Source: Camelus dromedarius
Lineage: Eukaryota
Length of the DNA stretch: 64,000 nt
Direction of reading: 5' to 3'
Assembly (NCBI RefSeq): GCF_036321535.1
Contig: NC_087437.1
Coordinates: 98,830,001 to 98,894,000 of the forward strand
The position numbers were made by a program, and so were the translations under genes. This document shows, in pieces, positions 26,331-39,376 of this stretch (position 1 is its first letter; each line of letters starts with the position of its first letter). The notes beneath the pieces are model-generated. The model had not been told where the DNA came from, ran no database searches, and worked only from the letters and a program-made list of their open reading frames with translations.

Positions 26331-27661
26331 GCAAATGCTTTGTGACTGCAAATTACCATTAGTGCAATTATTTAAAAATGAAATGAAATGCTGATATTGA
26401 AGAGAAATGTTTGAGCAATAAAGTTCAATTTTATTATTTATTCTGGACCTGAGCCATCTCAAACTGAATAAACTAACCCTGTCTGTGTCATGATATAAGC
26501 GTTAATGTGAGAAGGCTTTAAACAATTTTAAAACATGGATAAAAGAAAATGAAGACACATGCAACGGGGAATGCTACTTTAAACTTTGTAAACTTTTTAA
26601 CTCAACATAATTTTTATTAGCGTATATGTTTCAAGAACGTGTTGAAACTGCCTGTGTGAATGCAGTGCTGGACTTGGTGTTTGATGTGCATGCTGAGCAA
26701 AACCAAACTGGTTGTTGGTTTTGGGGTCATGCATGCTACTATTAAACATGGTCTTTGAATTTTTTTTTATTGCGTGTAGATTAATGTGCACAGTTTATTT
26801 TTCATTATTTGTTGGCTTTGTCTTGTTTCTTTATTTATTTCTGTATTCTGTCTTTATTTGTTGGTTTATTTAAACCACTGGTGGCAAAGACATCTGTCCA
26901 ACATGAAGGGCAAAAGCCAGAGCTTTTGGATTCAAAAATGCTTAGAATCATGTGTTGGAAGAAGATTTGATTACTCATTTAGAAACTATTTGTTAAGATT
27001 CAGTGAGGCGCTGCATGTAAAGTAAATACGGCATAATCTGGTCTTCAAAGTAATTAGTGTTTGTTTTAGAAAAGAAAAACACAAGTAGATACAAAGCAAC
27101 ATTCACACCCTGAGGCATAGACATGGAGCAGATTGAGTGTGTCAAGAAGCCGTAAGTGCTTCACACATGGTAAAGACCTAATTGCTGAGGGATGAATGAC
27201 TGGAGTAGTGTAGTTGAGGTAAGCACAAGGTGTTACAAGACAACTACTCACAATCTGACAGGTTGCAGGAGGCTGATTGGAGCAGGAAACTGGGCTAAAA
27301 TGTGATTGAGTGAACAGTCAAGAGAGGAGGACAGAGCAATGTATTTCAGGCAGAGATCACTGGGTGGAGGTGACCCTGGAATTGCTTAGTTCAACTCAGT
27401 TGATAAGTTGGGAAAGTACAGGTAAATGACTTGCTGAGTGTCGTACCATGGGCAGTGTCACAACCAAGTTGAGACTGGATCTTCTGATTCTCTCTCTAAT
27501 CTACTTTGATTTATTAGTGCAACTGGGAATGAATTTTTCTAAGGGGAAAAAAAGAATGGGCTTCATAAGTGATGGCAGTGAGAAAGGAAATCAAGGAGCT
27601 AATAGGAAAGACATCTTGAAGGCAGCATCTGCAGTACCCGACTAATGCTTGGACACAGATA

Positions 27662-28304
27662 TGTTGCCTGTAGGTGTAGCTGGTGTCCAGGTTCTCGTCC
27701 TGTCCCAGAAAGAATTCGGTGGTTAAAAAGTACAGTGAGGATTTATCAAGGGATGGATAGTACACTCTTCAAGGGGAGAGCAGGCAGGCTCAGGTGAGCG
27801 GCTGCCCTGGGTTTCTTTGGAGAGTTGGTTACATAGAGTGTAAACATGAATGGGAAGAATAGTCATTGGGGAGGGAAGAGTTTGGGGTCTTATTTCCTGA
27901 TTTTTATCCCAACTCCACTTTCCTGCAGGAAGGAGGGATTTTTGTCCTTATTTAGTCTGGATCAGAAGTGTCATGGCATCAGTGCATGATGGGTACTTCT
28001 CATCTGCAAGGCTAATTTTATTATAATGAGGGCATAATAAGCAAAAAGTTACAGTCAAACACTGGAGATTCCTGCCTTTTCCTACCTTTCTTTGTCAGCC
28101 TCCAGGCCACTTGTCACTTCAAAATGTGTGATCACTTATGGCCCAGAGGTTCCTGCTTTTCTTTCTCTGTCCAGGGACCCTGGTGCTTACATGATGTGTG
28201 GTTTCCTGTATTTGGTCTGTGCCCCTCCTTCCTGCCCAATTCCTGCCATTTAGTCTGAGTCTCCTTTTCTCTGCTCATATCTAGCTTATCTGCCTGCTCT
28301 AACA
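27662..28304 (-). mobile_element. ERV1-type solo LTR, copy A (643 bp)
   Basis: TG...CA termini, 4-bp TSD GATA/GATG, homologous along its length to copy B at 28911-29516. Confidence 0.88.
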
Positions 28305-28777
28305 GATGGGCACTGAGGATGGTCAGCTTACAAAGGACAAGAAAAATGAGAAGCAAAAGGGAGCCATCCACTGAGCCTTAAGAGTGTTTTGTCTGTTAGC
28401 TACACACCAATTCATTAAGGCTGCTGCCGTTAGTAAGAAAAAGAATCCTGCAGAAAGGGAACATCCCCGCAGGGCGATGTTGCCAGACAATTGAGAAGCA
28501 ATCCTGGGGCCTAATACATTGTAGGTGGTATTTACATAAGATACATTTCCTGAGGGCCCACAGCAGAACGCCACTCTGGGGGAGCCAAAGGAAATACAAG
28601 AAACGATGACGCCTATTTCAAGCAACTTATACTCAGTTGGAGGGCTTTTTAAGAAACCTTGCAGAAATGGGCTATAAAGAAATCCCCAGGCAGGAGCAGC
28701 CCCATGGGGAGACATCACGGTGCTCGAGCACCAGTCTTAATCTAAAGAAGCCCATGTTCTAGTCCCTGCTCTGCAGA

Positions 28778-28910
28778 TCAGGGCTGCTGCGGAACTGTGT
28801 TGTGCATCGTATGGTTGTTACAAAAATTTCTGGCTCATGGAAGTAAAGGATCTGGAGTAAGATAGGTCTTTTTAAAATTCTCACAAAATAGCCAATTTGG
28901 CCAGTGGGAG
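28778..28910 (+). mobile_element. MER91-like hAT-Tip100 fossil, interrupted at its end by LTR copy B
   Basis: CAGGGCTGC...TTGTGCA start and GTCTTTTTAAAATTCTCACAAAATAGCCAATTTGGCCAGTGG end resemble MER91. Confidence 0.5.
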
Positions 28911-29516
28911 TGTTACAGCAGGCAGATAGTTAGACATGAGCAGAAAAGTCCGGCACGAGCCAAATGGCAGGAAACCACACATCTTGTGAACAATGGGGAT
29001 CCTTGGGCAGACAGAGAAAAGCAGGAACCTCCAGACTGATAAGAAATCACACATTTTGAGGTGAGAAGTATCCTAGAAGCAGGCAAAGAAAGGTGGGAAG
29101 ATGCAGGAAATCTCCAGGGTCTGAGTATAACCTTTTGCTCATTATGCCCTCATAATAAAATTTGCCTTGCAGATTAGAAGTGCCCAACATGCACCAACAC
29201 CATGACATTTCTGATCCAGACTAAATAAGGACGTTTAAATTCCTTCTCCTCTTGGGAAGGCGGAGCTCGGATGGAAATCAGGGAATATATTCTCAAACTC
29301 TTCCCACCCCAATAAATACTCTGCCCATTCATTTTTCCACCCCATGTAACCAACTTGCCAAAGAAACTCAGCTCAGCACCTCACCTGAGTCTGCCCGCGC
29401 CCCCCTTGAGAGGTTACTATCTATAGCTTAGTAAATCCTCACTTTACTTTCCTGACCTTCGTGCCTCATCTCTGAATTCTTCCTGTGATGAGTCAAGAAC
29501 CTAATTGCCAGCAACA
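28911..29516 (+). mobile_element. ERV1-type solo LTR, copy B (606 bp)
   Basis: TGTTACAGCAGGCAG...GCCAGCAACA termini; perfect 4-bp TSD GGAG at 28907-28910 and 29517-29520. Confidence 0.9.
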
Positions 29517-30188
29517 GGAGGGCTCCCATCTCTTGATCTCTCCACATTTTATGTCTCTCCCCTCTAAAATCCAGTGAGTTGGTCTTTCAATGACCCCTGT
29601 CAGTCCTCTTCTTATTTACTATGTTAATGTAGCACTTGGCTCTTTATTTAGCTGTTGAGAGAAGTGAAAATGGAGAAAATGATCAGCATGCTTTTTGTAG
29701 CCCCCCTTGATCAGACCACATGTTGGTCCTGGAATCCCCTCCCTCAGGCAGATGCAGCCACTTGTCATCTGCACTCACCTCTCAGAGCCAGTCTCTGCCT
29801 TGAGCCCTGGTGATTGGTTAAACAAAGCACTTCAGAGGTTGGTCCTCCTTGATCCATGATGTAATCAGCATCTAAATCCTAATTTATGATTTGGCTTTCA
29901 CTCTGTATGTCCTTTCTCTGACATTGCTAGCCTGCTCTCTCTAAGAAAGGCATACTATGAAGACACCATCTTCAATGTTAGCAAAGGCTTCAAGTGAGTG
30001 GTGTGAGGCCCTGAAGAAACTACTGGACTTAGACTGGTTGAGAGAAGAGCTTGTTCACGTATGGCACAAGGAGGTCTTCTTGGCTGAAAGTAGGACATTT
30101 TAGAAAAAAATAATACAGATATTAAATAGAGGCCAAAGAGTTAAAATGTACTTAATATATAGTCGACCCTCAGCAGATAGTTTTAGTA

Positions 30189-31657
30189 GAGTCACACCCT
30201 AGAAATATTGCAAGTTTGGTTCCAGATCACTGCAGTAAAGCAAATATGGCAATAAGGTGAGTCATACATATTTTTCGGTTACCAGTGCCTATAAAACGTT
30301 CTTTTTGTTGAAGTATGTTCAGTTTACAATGTGTCAATTTCTGGTGTACAGCATAATGTTTCAGTCATACATATACATACATATATCCGATTTCATATTC
30401 TTTTTCATTATTGGTTACTACAAGACATTGAACATAGTTCCCTGTGCTATACAGTATAAACTTGTTGTTTATCTATTTTATATATAGTAGCTAATATTTG
30501 CAAATCTTGAACTCCCAATGTATCCCCTCCCACCCCATTTCCCCAGGTAACCATAAGTTTGTTTACTATGTCTGTGAGTCTGTTTCTGTTTTTTAGATAA
30601 GTTCATTAGTGTCTTCTTTTCTTAGATTCCACATATGAGTGATATCACATGGTATTTTTCTCTCTCTCTCTGGCTTACTTCATTTAGAATGACAATCTCT
30701 AGGTCCATCCATGTTGCTGCAAATGGCATTATTTTATTCTTTTTCATCACTGGGTAGTATTCCACAGCTTCTTTACCCAGTCATCTGTTGGTGGACATTA
30801 AGGTTGTTTCCATGTCTTGGCTATTGTAAATAGTGCTGCTATGAACATTGGGGTGTATGTATCTTTTAGATTTAGAGTTCCCTCTGGATACATGCCCAGT
30901 AGTGGAATTGCTGGATCATATGAAAACTTATGTTAACACTATACTGTAGTCTATTAAGTATGCAATAGCATTTTATCTAAAAAACCCAATGTACATACCT
31001 TAATTTAAATATAATTTATTGTTAAACAATGCTAACCATCATCTGAGATGTCATCAAGTCATAATCTTTTTGCTGTTGGAAGGTCTTGCCTCAACGTTGG
31101 GGTCTGATGATTGATCAGGATGATGGTTGCTGAAGGCTGACGTGGCTTGGGCAATTTCTTAAAATAAGACAACAGTGAAGTTTGCTGCATTGATTGGCTC
31201 TGCCTTTCAGGAATGATTTCTCTGAGGCATGTACTGCTGTTTGATGGCATTTACCCATAATAGAATTTCTTTTAAAATTGGAGTCAATCCTCTCAAATGC
31301 TGCCTTTGCTATATCAACTAAGTTTACATAATATTCTAAATCCTTTGTTGTCATTTCAATAAGTGATTAAGTTCACCCTCTTATATGGGCACAGTTCATG
31401 TCACCCCAAAACAATTATAATAATAGCCCAAATGTCGATTGATCACAGATCACCATAACAAATGCAATAATGATGAAAATGTTTAAAATATTGCTAAAAA
31501 CACCAAAATGTAACACAGAGACACAAAGTGAGAAAATGCTGTGGAAAAAAATGGCACAAATTGGCTTACTCGATGCAGGGTTGCCACAAACCTTCAATTT
31601 GTAAAAAAATCAAATGATCTGCGATAAAACCAAGCAGAATAAAACAAGGTATGCCTG
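30189..31657 (-). mobile_element. Internally deleted Tigger1 (Tc1/mariner, pogo family) DNA transposon
   Basis: Both termini present (right end AATAAAACAAGGTATGCCTG); transposase C-terminal peptides MTTKDLEYYVNLVD...FERIDSNF and QTSLLSYFKKLP. Confidence 0.9.
30300..30921 (-). mobile_element. 5'-truncated, relatively young L1 inserted in Tigger1
   Basis: Reverse L1 3' end (TTGAAGTATGTTCAGTTTACAATGTGTCAATTTCTGGTGTACAGCAT...GTGGAATTGCTGGATCATATG); Tigger1 resumes colinearly afterwards. Confidence 0.9.
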
Positions 31658-32082
31658 TGATGACCAAGGGGTTCTGCAATGACCACACACCTATTTATGA
31701 TGGTGTAGACAAGAGGCACTAAAATTTAAAGATGCTGTACAACAGGGAAACCCATTGAAGGCCATAGCTCTGAAATTTTCCAACATGATGGTCAGTAATA
31801 ACTGAACATCAGTAGGGCTCTATACAGTAAGCAGTAAATCAGACTTGATAACTTTATGTAGGCAAGAAGAATTTGAAACAACTCCAAGACTGTAAATCTG
31901 AACACCTAGAAATGAGCATATGAGTAACAAACAAAAAGGCTCTTTTAGAAATGATGATGGTTGTCCCAGTGTTAGACTTAAGAAAGTTTCAAGTGAAAGA
32001 CAGGCAATATCCTATCCTGGAATCTGAGCTCAGAAAGGGCTTAGGTGTCAAATATAGCAGGAACTAAAAGGTTCAAGGCAAA

Positions 32083-32106
32083 ATATATATATATATATAT
32101 ATATAA
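32083..32106. repeat. (AT)n microsatellite
   Basis: Directly visible run of about 12 AT units. Confidence 0.9.
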
Positions 32107-32575
32107 TTGTGTATAACTCTGGAGAGGTGTCACATCCATTTTTGGTGACCACAGAAAACAAGTCTTCTACACAGTGGAGCATTCTAGAGACAGACTCAAG
32201 ACAAACTAGTTAGAAGAAAGTTCCCACGGGAGAACTTCAAAGGTAAAACAGAGGGGTTAGATTTGAAGGTAGAAACCATCCCATCATCATCAGATACTTA
32301 AAAAGGCATCTACTGTGTGCTGGACCATGTCCTGAGCACCGGGAAGAGACAAACACTAACTACGACCCACCCTTGACTGCTAACATCTACTTCTGGTGGC
32401 TGGGTGTCTTCTTCAACACAAATTATATCAACTTCAGGTAACATTTCTTAAGGGATTATTCTAAGTCAGTCAAAGTTGTACATGTTTTACATATATTATC
32501 TCATGTAATCTTTATATAAACCATATAAAATATGTCCTCATGACCATTTCACAGATACAGGAAACAGAAGGGAGG

Positions 32576-33090
32576 TGTGTAGGAAACAGTTGACAGCTAT
32601 TCTATGAACAGTCTGTTTACACAGTCAGCCCTTAGCTGGCAGCTGGAAACATGGCTTTTGGGAGGGTTCCCACCATCCCCAGAACTGATAAGAGTGGCCC
32701 AATATATACCCAACTGCTTATACCAACAATGTGGTTTATTGTGAACACCTGCTTTCCTTCTGGGAGCCTGGAATTTTGGTAGACACTGAGCAGAGGATGC
32801 CTACATGATCCGCCCCAAACAAAAACCCAGAGCAACAGGTCTCTAATGAGCTTCGCGGCTGATAACATTTTACATGTGTTGTCACAACTAGATGCTGCAG
32901 GAATGAAGTGCGATCTGTGTGACTCCTGGGGAGAGAACCTCTGGAGGTTTGCACCTGGTTTCCTCCAGACTTTGCCCAGATGCCTTTTCTCATTGCTTTT
33001 TGTGCTTCACATCCTTTCACTGCAATACAGCATAACTGTGAGTACAATTATATACTTAATCTTGTAAGCCCTTCAGGAGAGATGACATCA
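32576..33090 (+). mobile_element. MER68-like ERVL LTR
   Basis: GGGAGGGTTCCCACCATCCCCAGAACTGATAAGAGTGG, GAACACCTGCTTTCCTTCTGGGAG, GTCTCTAATGAGCTTC, CCTGGTTTCCTCCAGACTTTGCCC. Confidence 0.8.
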
Positions 33091-33306
33091 CAGTAGTTCA
33101 TCATCCATCACATCTGGGGTGCTAAAATTAGAATGGCTTGTTTGGTTGGAAGAGAGAAAGAGCTAGTGGTAAGGGATTAGCTGAAGGTGTGCAACCTAAC
33201 TCCTCACTGAAGTGGAACGCTCCTTCCCTCACAAATGCAGTTTTGCTCTCAGTGTTGCCTGATGAGAGGGGATGTTGGTCTTAACAAAGAAAAAGTATTA
33301 TCTAGT

Positions 33307-33490
33307 GCAGGGCTTCTCAAATGTTAGAACGCACCAGAATCACCCGGGGTGGGGGAGCATTAAGACACTGCTGGGCGCCACCCCTAGGGTCTCTGATTCA
33401 GTAGGTCTGAGGTGGGGCCACGAATTCACATCTAATAAGAACTTGCTGATACTGATGGCTGGTGGGTCCACAGATCTACTAATTCACTGG
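33307..33490 (+). mobile_element. MER5A-like hAT fossil
   Basis: CAGGGCTTCTCAAA...CAGAATCACC...TCTGATTCAGTAGGTCTGAGGTGGGGCC. Confidence 0.75.
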
Positions 33491-34561
33491 TGAACTAGTG
33501 GCTTTTCTAAGCACATGAGGGCAAGGAGACGATACCCTGCTTTGGGAGGAGAGATGTTCCTATCACAGGAGGTTTCTTGGAATACAAACACCCAGAACAA
33601 TGGATTCTCTCCATAGTTAAATAAGAATGTGTTGATTTGGGGGGTTTTGTTTGTTTGTTTGTTTGTTTGTTTTACTCTGACTTCTAGCCCTTTCAATGCA
33701 GAAAAACCTCTTCCAGAATTATTTCCAGATTGCAGCATTTGTGTGTAGGAAGAACTTCTAGGGATGAAAAGAATAAAAGAATCAAGAAAATCCTGTGAGT
33801 CTTTATCTGATGTGGATTATTTTAAAATTTGTATATCAAATTGTGAATGAGTGGGCCATTTAATCATTTAAACCTCAAGCATCAATAGGTTCTCAAACCT
33901 GTAACTTTCAGTGTGGGTCTAGTGATTTAGAGTTTGAGCAAAAGCAGTTTAAAATGGAATATTTAAAACTGGAATACTTTCCCCAGTTTTTAGTTCTGAT
34001 GTCTTAAAATTTATAATTATAAGTAAGCTGTTTTGTGCCTATTTCCTGATAGTTAAGCTAGAGGCCATGAGAACTGGTCTGCTTCCCTCAAAGAAGCTGC
34101 GAAAACCCCCTCTCCAGGGCCCATGGACCCAACTGGATCCTATCTGACTGAATCTGGGGGGTGCTGTGTTAAGTCGCACCTACAAAGACTGAATCTGCTT
34201 CTTGTAAAGGCTGAGAGAATGACTCCAAGTATAGCTGCTTTCTTCGTTTTGCTCCCTGGGTGCAGGGAGTTGCTTCGATTACACTGCTCAGGTCAAGGCA
34301 CATTTCAATTTTGCAAAACCCCTCTAGCTTTTTCATTCTTTCTTCCTTCCCATCACCACCCCCATTTCCACCATGGCAATTGGCAAGTGCTACAAACCAG
34401 GACTTTCTTCCCCTACCTTCTTTTTTTTTCCCTCTTGGAGATCTGGTTCTTAAGCATTTATTGGCATTATCAGTGGTTCCAATCTTATGTGTCATTATTT
34501 GCACCTTGAGAAGATCTCTATACCTCACTAGGCCTCAGATCTTCACCTGAAGAACTAGGAA

Positions 34562-34962
34562 TGTGATGATTAATTTTGCATGTCAACTTGACTGGGCCAC
34601 AGGGGTCACATACTTGGGCAAACATTATGCTGGGTGTTTGTTTCAGTGGGGGTGTTTCAGATGAGCTTAACTTTTACATTGGCAGACTGAGTAAAGCAGA
34701 TTACTCTTCATAATGTGGGTGGGCCTCATACAGTCAGTTGAAGGCCTGAATAAAACAAAATACTGACCCTTCCCCAAGGAAGAGAGAACTCTCCTGCCTT
34801 CACACTGGCCCATCCATCGGCTCTTCCTGCCTGACGGGCTCCTAATTGGGACATCATTTCTGCAGATTTTGGACCCATCAATGTCCATAATTGTGTGAAC
34901 CAATTCCTTATAACATCCATTTATACTGCTTTTGTTTCTCTGGAGAACCTTGCCTAATAAAA
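34562..34962 (+). mobile_element. MLT2-type ERVL solo LTR
   Basis: TGTGATGATTAATTTTGCATGTCAACTTGACTGGGCCAC...GACTGAGTAAAGCAGATT...TGTTTCTCTGGAGAACC. Confidence 0.85.
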
Positions 34963-35461
34963 GGAGTCTGAGCTTAGGGGATCTAAAATCTTTGAATAAT
35001 GTGGTTCTAAATAATTCTGATCAGACAAGAATGTACTAATTGTCCTTTCAAGATCCCTTTCAGTCTGGGGGTTCTAGTTTGTATTGATATTCAAGTTTAC
35101 AGTCTTGAAATGCAACATACTTCTAGTAAAACTTTGGTGAGGAGGAACACAAGATGGTTTAGGGAAAACATAGCTGCAGTTTGAAAAAACAATGGGAGCA
35201 ATTATTTTAAAAATTAAAAGGAAAAGAAAACCATCTTGGGAAGATTACTATGTTTAACCTAGCTTCAACACCTAGGGAAATACTGGAAAAAATATTGGAA
35301 AAATTCAATAAAATGAGTAGTGCAGAGCAACTGAACTTGGTTCAACAAGTGTAAATTGACGTAGCTGTAGCCGAAGTCAAGGCTCTGTCCCCAGTTTCAT
35401 AAAAGTGACTTTGGAAGAGGAGAGTTCAGATTGGTTTAACCTCATTATGTTAATGAAGTTA

Positions 35462-35823
35462 TGTTAGAGAATGTTTATGTCCTCCTCCAAATTCATATGT
35501 TGAAATATCCTAATCCCCAGGGTAGTGGTGATAAGAGGTGGGGCACTGGAAGGTAATTAAGTCGTGAGGATGGAACCCTCATGAATGTGATAAGTGCTCT
35601 TATAAAAGACCCCAGGGAGCTCTCTGGCCCTCTTTCCACCATGTGAGGATACAGCAAGAGGACGGCCATGTACACCCAGGGAAAGGGACTTCACCAGAAC
35701 CTCTCCATTGTGGCACCCTAATCTCAGACTTCCAGCCTCCAGAACTGTGAGAAATAAATTTCTGTTGAGTATAAGCCACCCAGTCTATGGTGTATTGTTA
35801 CAGCAGCACAAATGGACGATGAT
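35462..35823 (+). mobile_element. MaLR solo LTR (MLT1A/MST-like)
   Basis: CCAAATTCATATGTTGAAA...GACTTCCAGCCTCCAGAACTGTGAGAAATAAATTTCTGTTG...AAGCCACCCAGTCTATGG. Confidence 0.88.
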
Positions 35824-36619
35824 AGGATGATTGGAGAAATGTGCCCAATCAGTCAAGAATATGAGACCTGAAGGTTCTCGATGTCTAAGAAGCAATGAGC
35901 TGCCTGGGTGGCAGTAACCGCTATTTTTTAATATGAGTATTGATACCAGATACTTTATGTACAGTATCTTAAATCTCTTTTTTTAAAAAAAATCATTCTT
36001 GTTTTTTAAGAGGAAGAAACTGAGACTCACAAATAAAGTAACTCACCCAAGGCCACAGAGACAAAGGTGAAGCCAGAATCACCCATCTCCAAACTCAATC
36101 TTCCTCCCTTTCCACAGCATCCTGAAAGAATAGACATAGGCCCTCCTTCAGGAAAGTTGCTCTGTTTAAAGAGAGAAACAATAGTTCAGATCTTCAAGGT
36201 CATAGAGTATCAGGCTACAAGCCAATCATAGTTGGAGTTAAAACTTGTCAGCAATTACAGAGGTTAATGAATATTTATTAAAGCAATTATGACTGGAATG
36301 CTTCCCCCTCCTTTGATGACCTCTTTGACACCTCATTCACTATCCTCCACCTACCCACTGCTTTAGAATCTAGAGTAATAATAAGAAAGGTATTTGGAAG
36401 AGGACTCCACAGGGAAGAAAAATAGAGCAAATTCTGAGTTTACTTATTTGAATAACAATGGGAAAAAAGAATGCTTCAACCTGTTTTTCTCCCATGGCCT
36501 GCTCTGGAATTGATGTTGAAGCATGCCCTATTACGGAATACATATCAAAAATCAGACAATAATTAGGAAAGTACATCAACCAATGTTTCTCAGATTTTGG
36601 TCATTCTTGATATTTACTA

Positions 36620-37097
36620 TCCATTGTCAACATAATACTACTGAGAAAAACCTCAGTGGCTTATGATAATAAATATTTCTTTTGCCTCTGAATCTGTGGG
36701 TCAGCTGGATGGCTTTGTTGATTTGAGCCAGCTGTAGCTGATCTTGGCTGGCTCACTTGTGCTCTTGCAGATGGCTGGGGGATGCGTGGGAGCTGGTTGA
36801 CCTAGGAGGTCCACAGACAGGAGGACCCAGCTCTGCTTCATTGATTCCCTCATCCTCTAGCCGACCAGCCCATGCTCTGCTCGTTCTAACTGCTCAGCAA
36901 GGTGGTAAGGAAGCAGAAATGTACAAGGCTTTTGAAACCTAATCTTTGAATTAGCAGTTGGCCACATTCTGTGGTCCAAAACAAGTTAAAAGGCAAGCCC
37001 ATAGTCAAAAGGTGGGAAAATGGACACCTCCTCTTGAGGGAGGAGCTGCCAAGTCATATTATGAACAGATGGGTACTGTTGATGCAATCAGTCTACC
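36620..37097 (-). mobile_element. Old MaLR LTR (MLT1F-J-like)
   Basis: CTCAGTGGCTTA...TCTGTGGGTCAGCTGG...CCTCCTCTTGAGGGAGGAGCTGCCAAGTCA...GCAATCAGTCTACCA. Confidence 0.6.
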
Positions 37098-37236
37098 ATA
37101 TTTACCTACCAACTTCCTGAACTTTGCAAAATCCCTTTATCTGCTTATTAACATACCTATAAAATGTCCACATTACCACAAGCATATTTATGAAATTATG
37201 AGTTTCAAGTTTTACTTTGTATATGCATTAAAAGTC

Positions 37237-37287
37237 ATATATATATGTGTGTGTGTGTATATATATATATATATTTATATATGTATA
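37237..37287. repeat. Compound (AT)n(GT)n(AT)n microsatellite
   Basis: Directly visible. Confidence 0.9.
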
Positions 37288-39376
37288 CTTACCACATGCC
37301 ATTTGAAATTCTCTCAGTGAAACACATTGAATCAAGGTAATGTTCAGAATCTTCTATGGGACCCAAAGGGAGATAGAAAATCTTTAACTTGCAGTGAGAT
37401 AGTCAAAATGGTCTCTCTAACAAGTGCTAGCCTCCCTGTTGTAGCCAAAGCACTCAAATAAATTTGGTGGAAGATGCTAAGAGCTTAACCCCTGTCTCAG
37501 GAGAGTTTGCAATCTAGGGTCGCAAAGATCATCTTGCCAGGCTAACTTGCTAATCTTCAATGAGTAGAAACACTATGTGTATCACACAGAGTAAGTAAAG
37601 TGATATTTCAAACTAGGAAGTAATCAAGTAGACAAGAGGGGTAGAACAAAGCATGGACTGAATCGACTTTGAGCTGGACCTTCTAATACAGGTAGAAGAA
37701 TAGGCAACCTTTAGGTAGGGAGGCTTTTTAAATTGAAAGGAAGCCCAGCCAGAGGCTCAAAGGCAATCAAGAAATAAGCAGAATTAGGACTCAGCAAAAT
37801 TAGATAAGTAATGTTAAATCCAACATTACAGTATTTAAATTAGATGATGTAACACTTAGTTTTGGAATTCAATATGGTGGTCATTGTGCACATCTGAATT
37901 TAAGAGAGACAAGGAAGAGTATAAAAGAGTTAAGAAATGGGATGCAGTCTACTTCTGGTAAGGTAGGGCTGCATATTTTGAATCAACATGGCTACTAAAG
38001 GACAAAAGCTGTACACAATGTAAAAGCCATTAGCTAGATGACACTGGAAGGCTCACAAAACAGGGAAGGTCAATACCCAACAGAAGATAAAAAGTCCAGA
38101 AAGTTGGCCCCAGCTTTGGGAACAGATTTTCCTCTGGAGACATTAGCAACTGAGAGCCTGACCAGCACTTCTGACAGCCTCCCAAGAGTAAAGTCACCAA
38201 AGGTGGAGGCCAGGCCAACCTTTTAGCATGTGGCCCTGATGACTACGTTCTGGGTCAAGTTCAGATAAAACTGCCCATGCACAGACTACAGCTCAGCTTC
38301 AGAGCAGCCAAATCTTTCAAACAGAGCTGTGTCTCAGGGCTGCTAGCACTTTAGCAATTTTGTTTTTTAAGTCTATTTCATTTTTTCTTTTTTTTTTTTC
38401 CAGCTGAGTGCTCCTTCTACCGGACACAGACAGAATCTTGAAGAGAAAAGACACTCATGAAACCACTAAGAAAATTTTAAAATGAAGTGTGATGCAAAAG
38501 GGAAATTTAGTTATCCCACAAAAGAATTCACAGCAAAACACTGCATCTTTGTTCATTATCCAAACAAAAACAAACAAACAAAAAACCTTTTTTTATCGGA
38601 AACCAAACATGAGTCATATGTTTGGCTTTCCTTGGCTATCTTCTTTACTTAGCAATCTGTTGAGATGACTTTTCTATTGTATTGTATGTAGTGATTAATT
38701 GCAAGATGCAGAGCAAAAGTAATTGTGAGGGGCATGGATTATCAAGTCATATCAGAGAGAAGCAGACCCAATTTCTGCTTCAATAACAGTTAGTGTTGTG
38801 CCATTAGCTTTGGTGGCATTTGATTTTTTTTTTTTCTTTATGAGCAAGGGATGTTTTCAGAAGTTCTTTATAGAAAGCCTCCAGATATAACCAAGAGTAG
38901 GCTCTGCCAAGTAACAGAAGTGAATTGTAACACATGACAGTGAGTATGTAGGTTTATAATCTGCTACTCCACTTAAAATACCCTGGTATGTGCTCCTGTT
39001 TAATTCATTTTTCTGATTCTCAATATGTCAGGACAAAATGTTCATTTTTGAAGACATAATTCTTATTTGTGTAATTTTAAATAGCCCTCGTCTACTCTGT
39101 TCTTTACACTGTTTTTGTATGTGGGCTGCTGTGTTAAGTGACTAAGGAAAGCATGGGCCACCAGATGCTGACTTGCAGAAAGGAACAGACCTAATGTATT
39201 CGCATATATTCAGCGGTGAAATTTGCCATGGCTGAACATTCTAGTACAATGCACTACTCGAGAATCTATATTTAAGATAGTGAAAGTTATTTCAAATTAT
39301 TTAGCAAAATCAAGTGCAAATAATGACCATAAAAGACTGCAAGAAATTGTAACCAGGTTAGCTACAAAGTATCCTT

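Noticed and set aside
27662..29516. A single provirus or TIR transposon; also the equal 606-bp lengths of the spacer and LTR copy B
   Set aside because: Proviral LTRs are direct repeats, and each copy here has its own TSD. The spacer shows no LTR similarity, so the length match is treated as coincidence.
31059..31354. TIGD1-like domesticated transposase
   Set aside because: Only a frameshifted C-terminal fragment inside a deleted Tigger1; DNA-binding and catalytic regions are absent.
38038..38226. 62-aa ATG-initiated hydrophilic ORF
   Set aside because: Length expected by chance; no splice, promoter or homology support.
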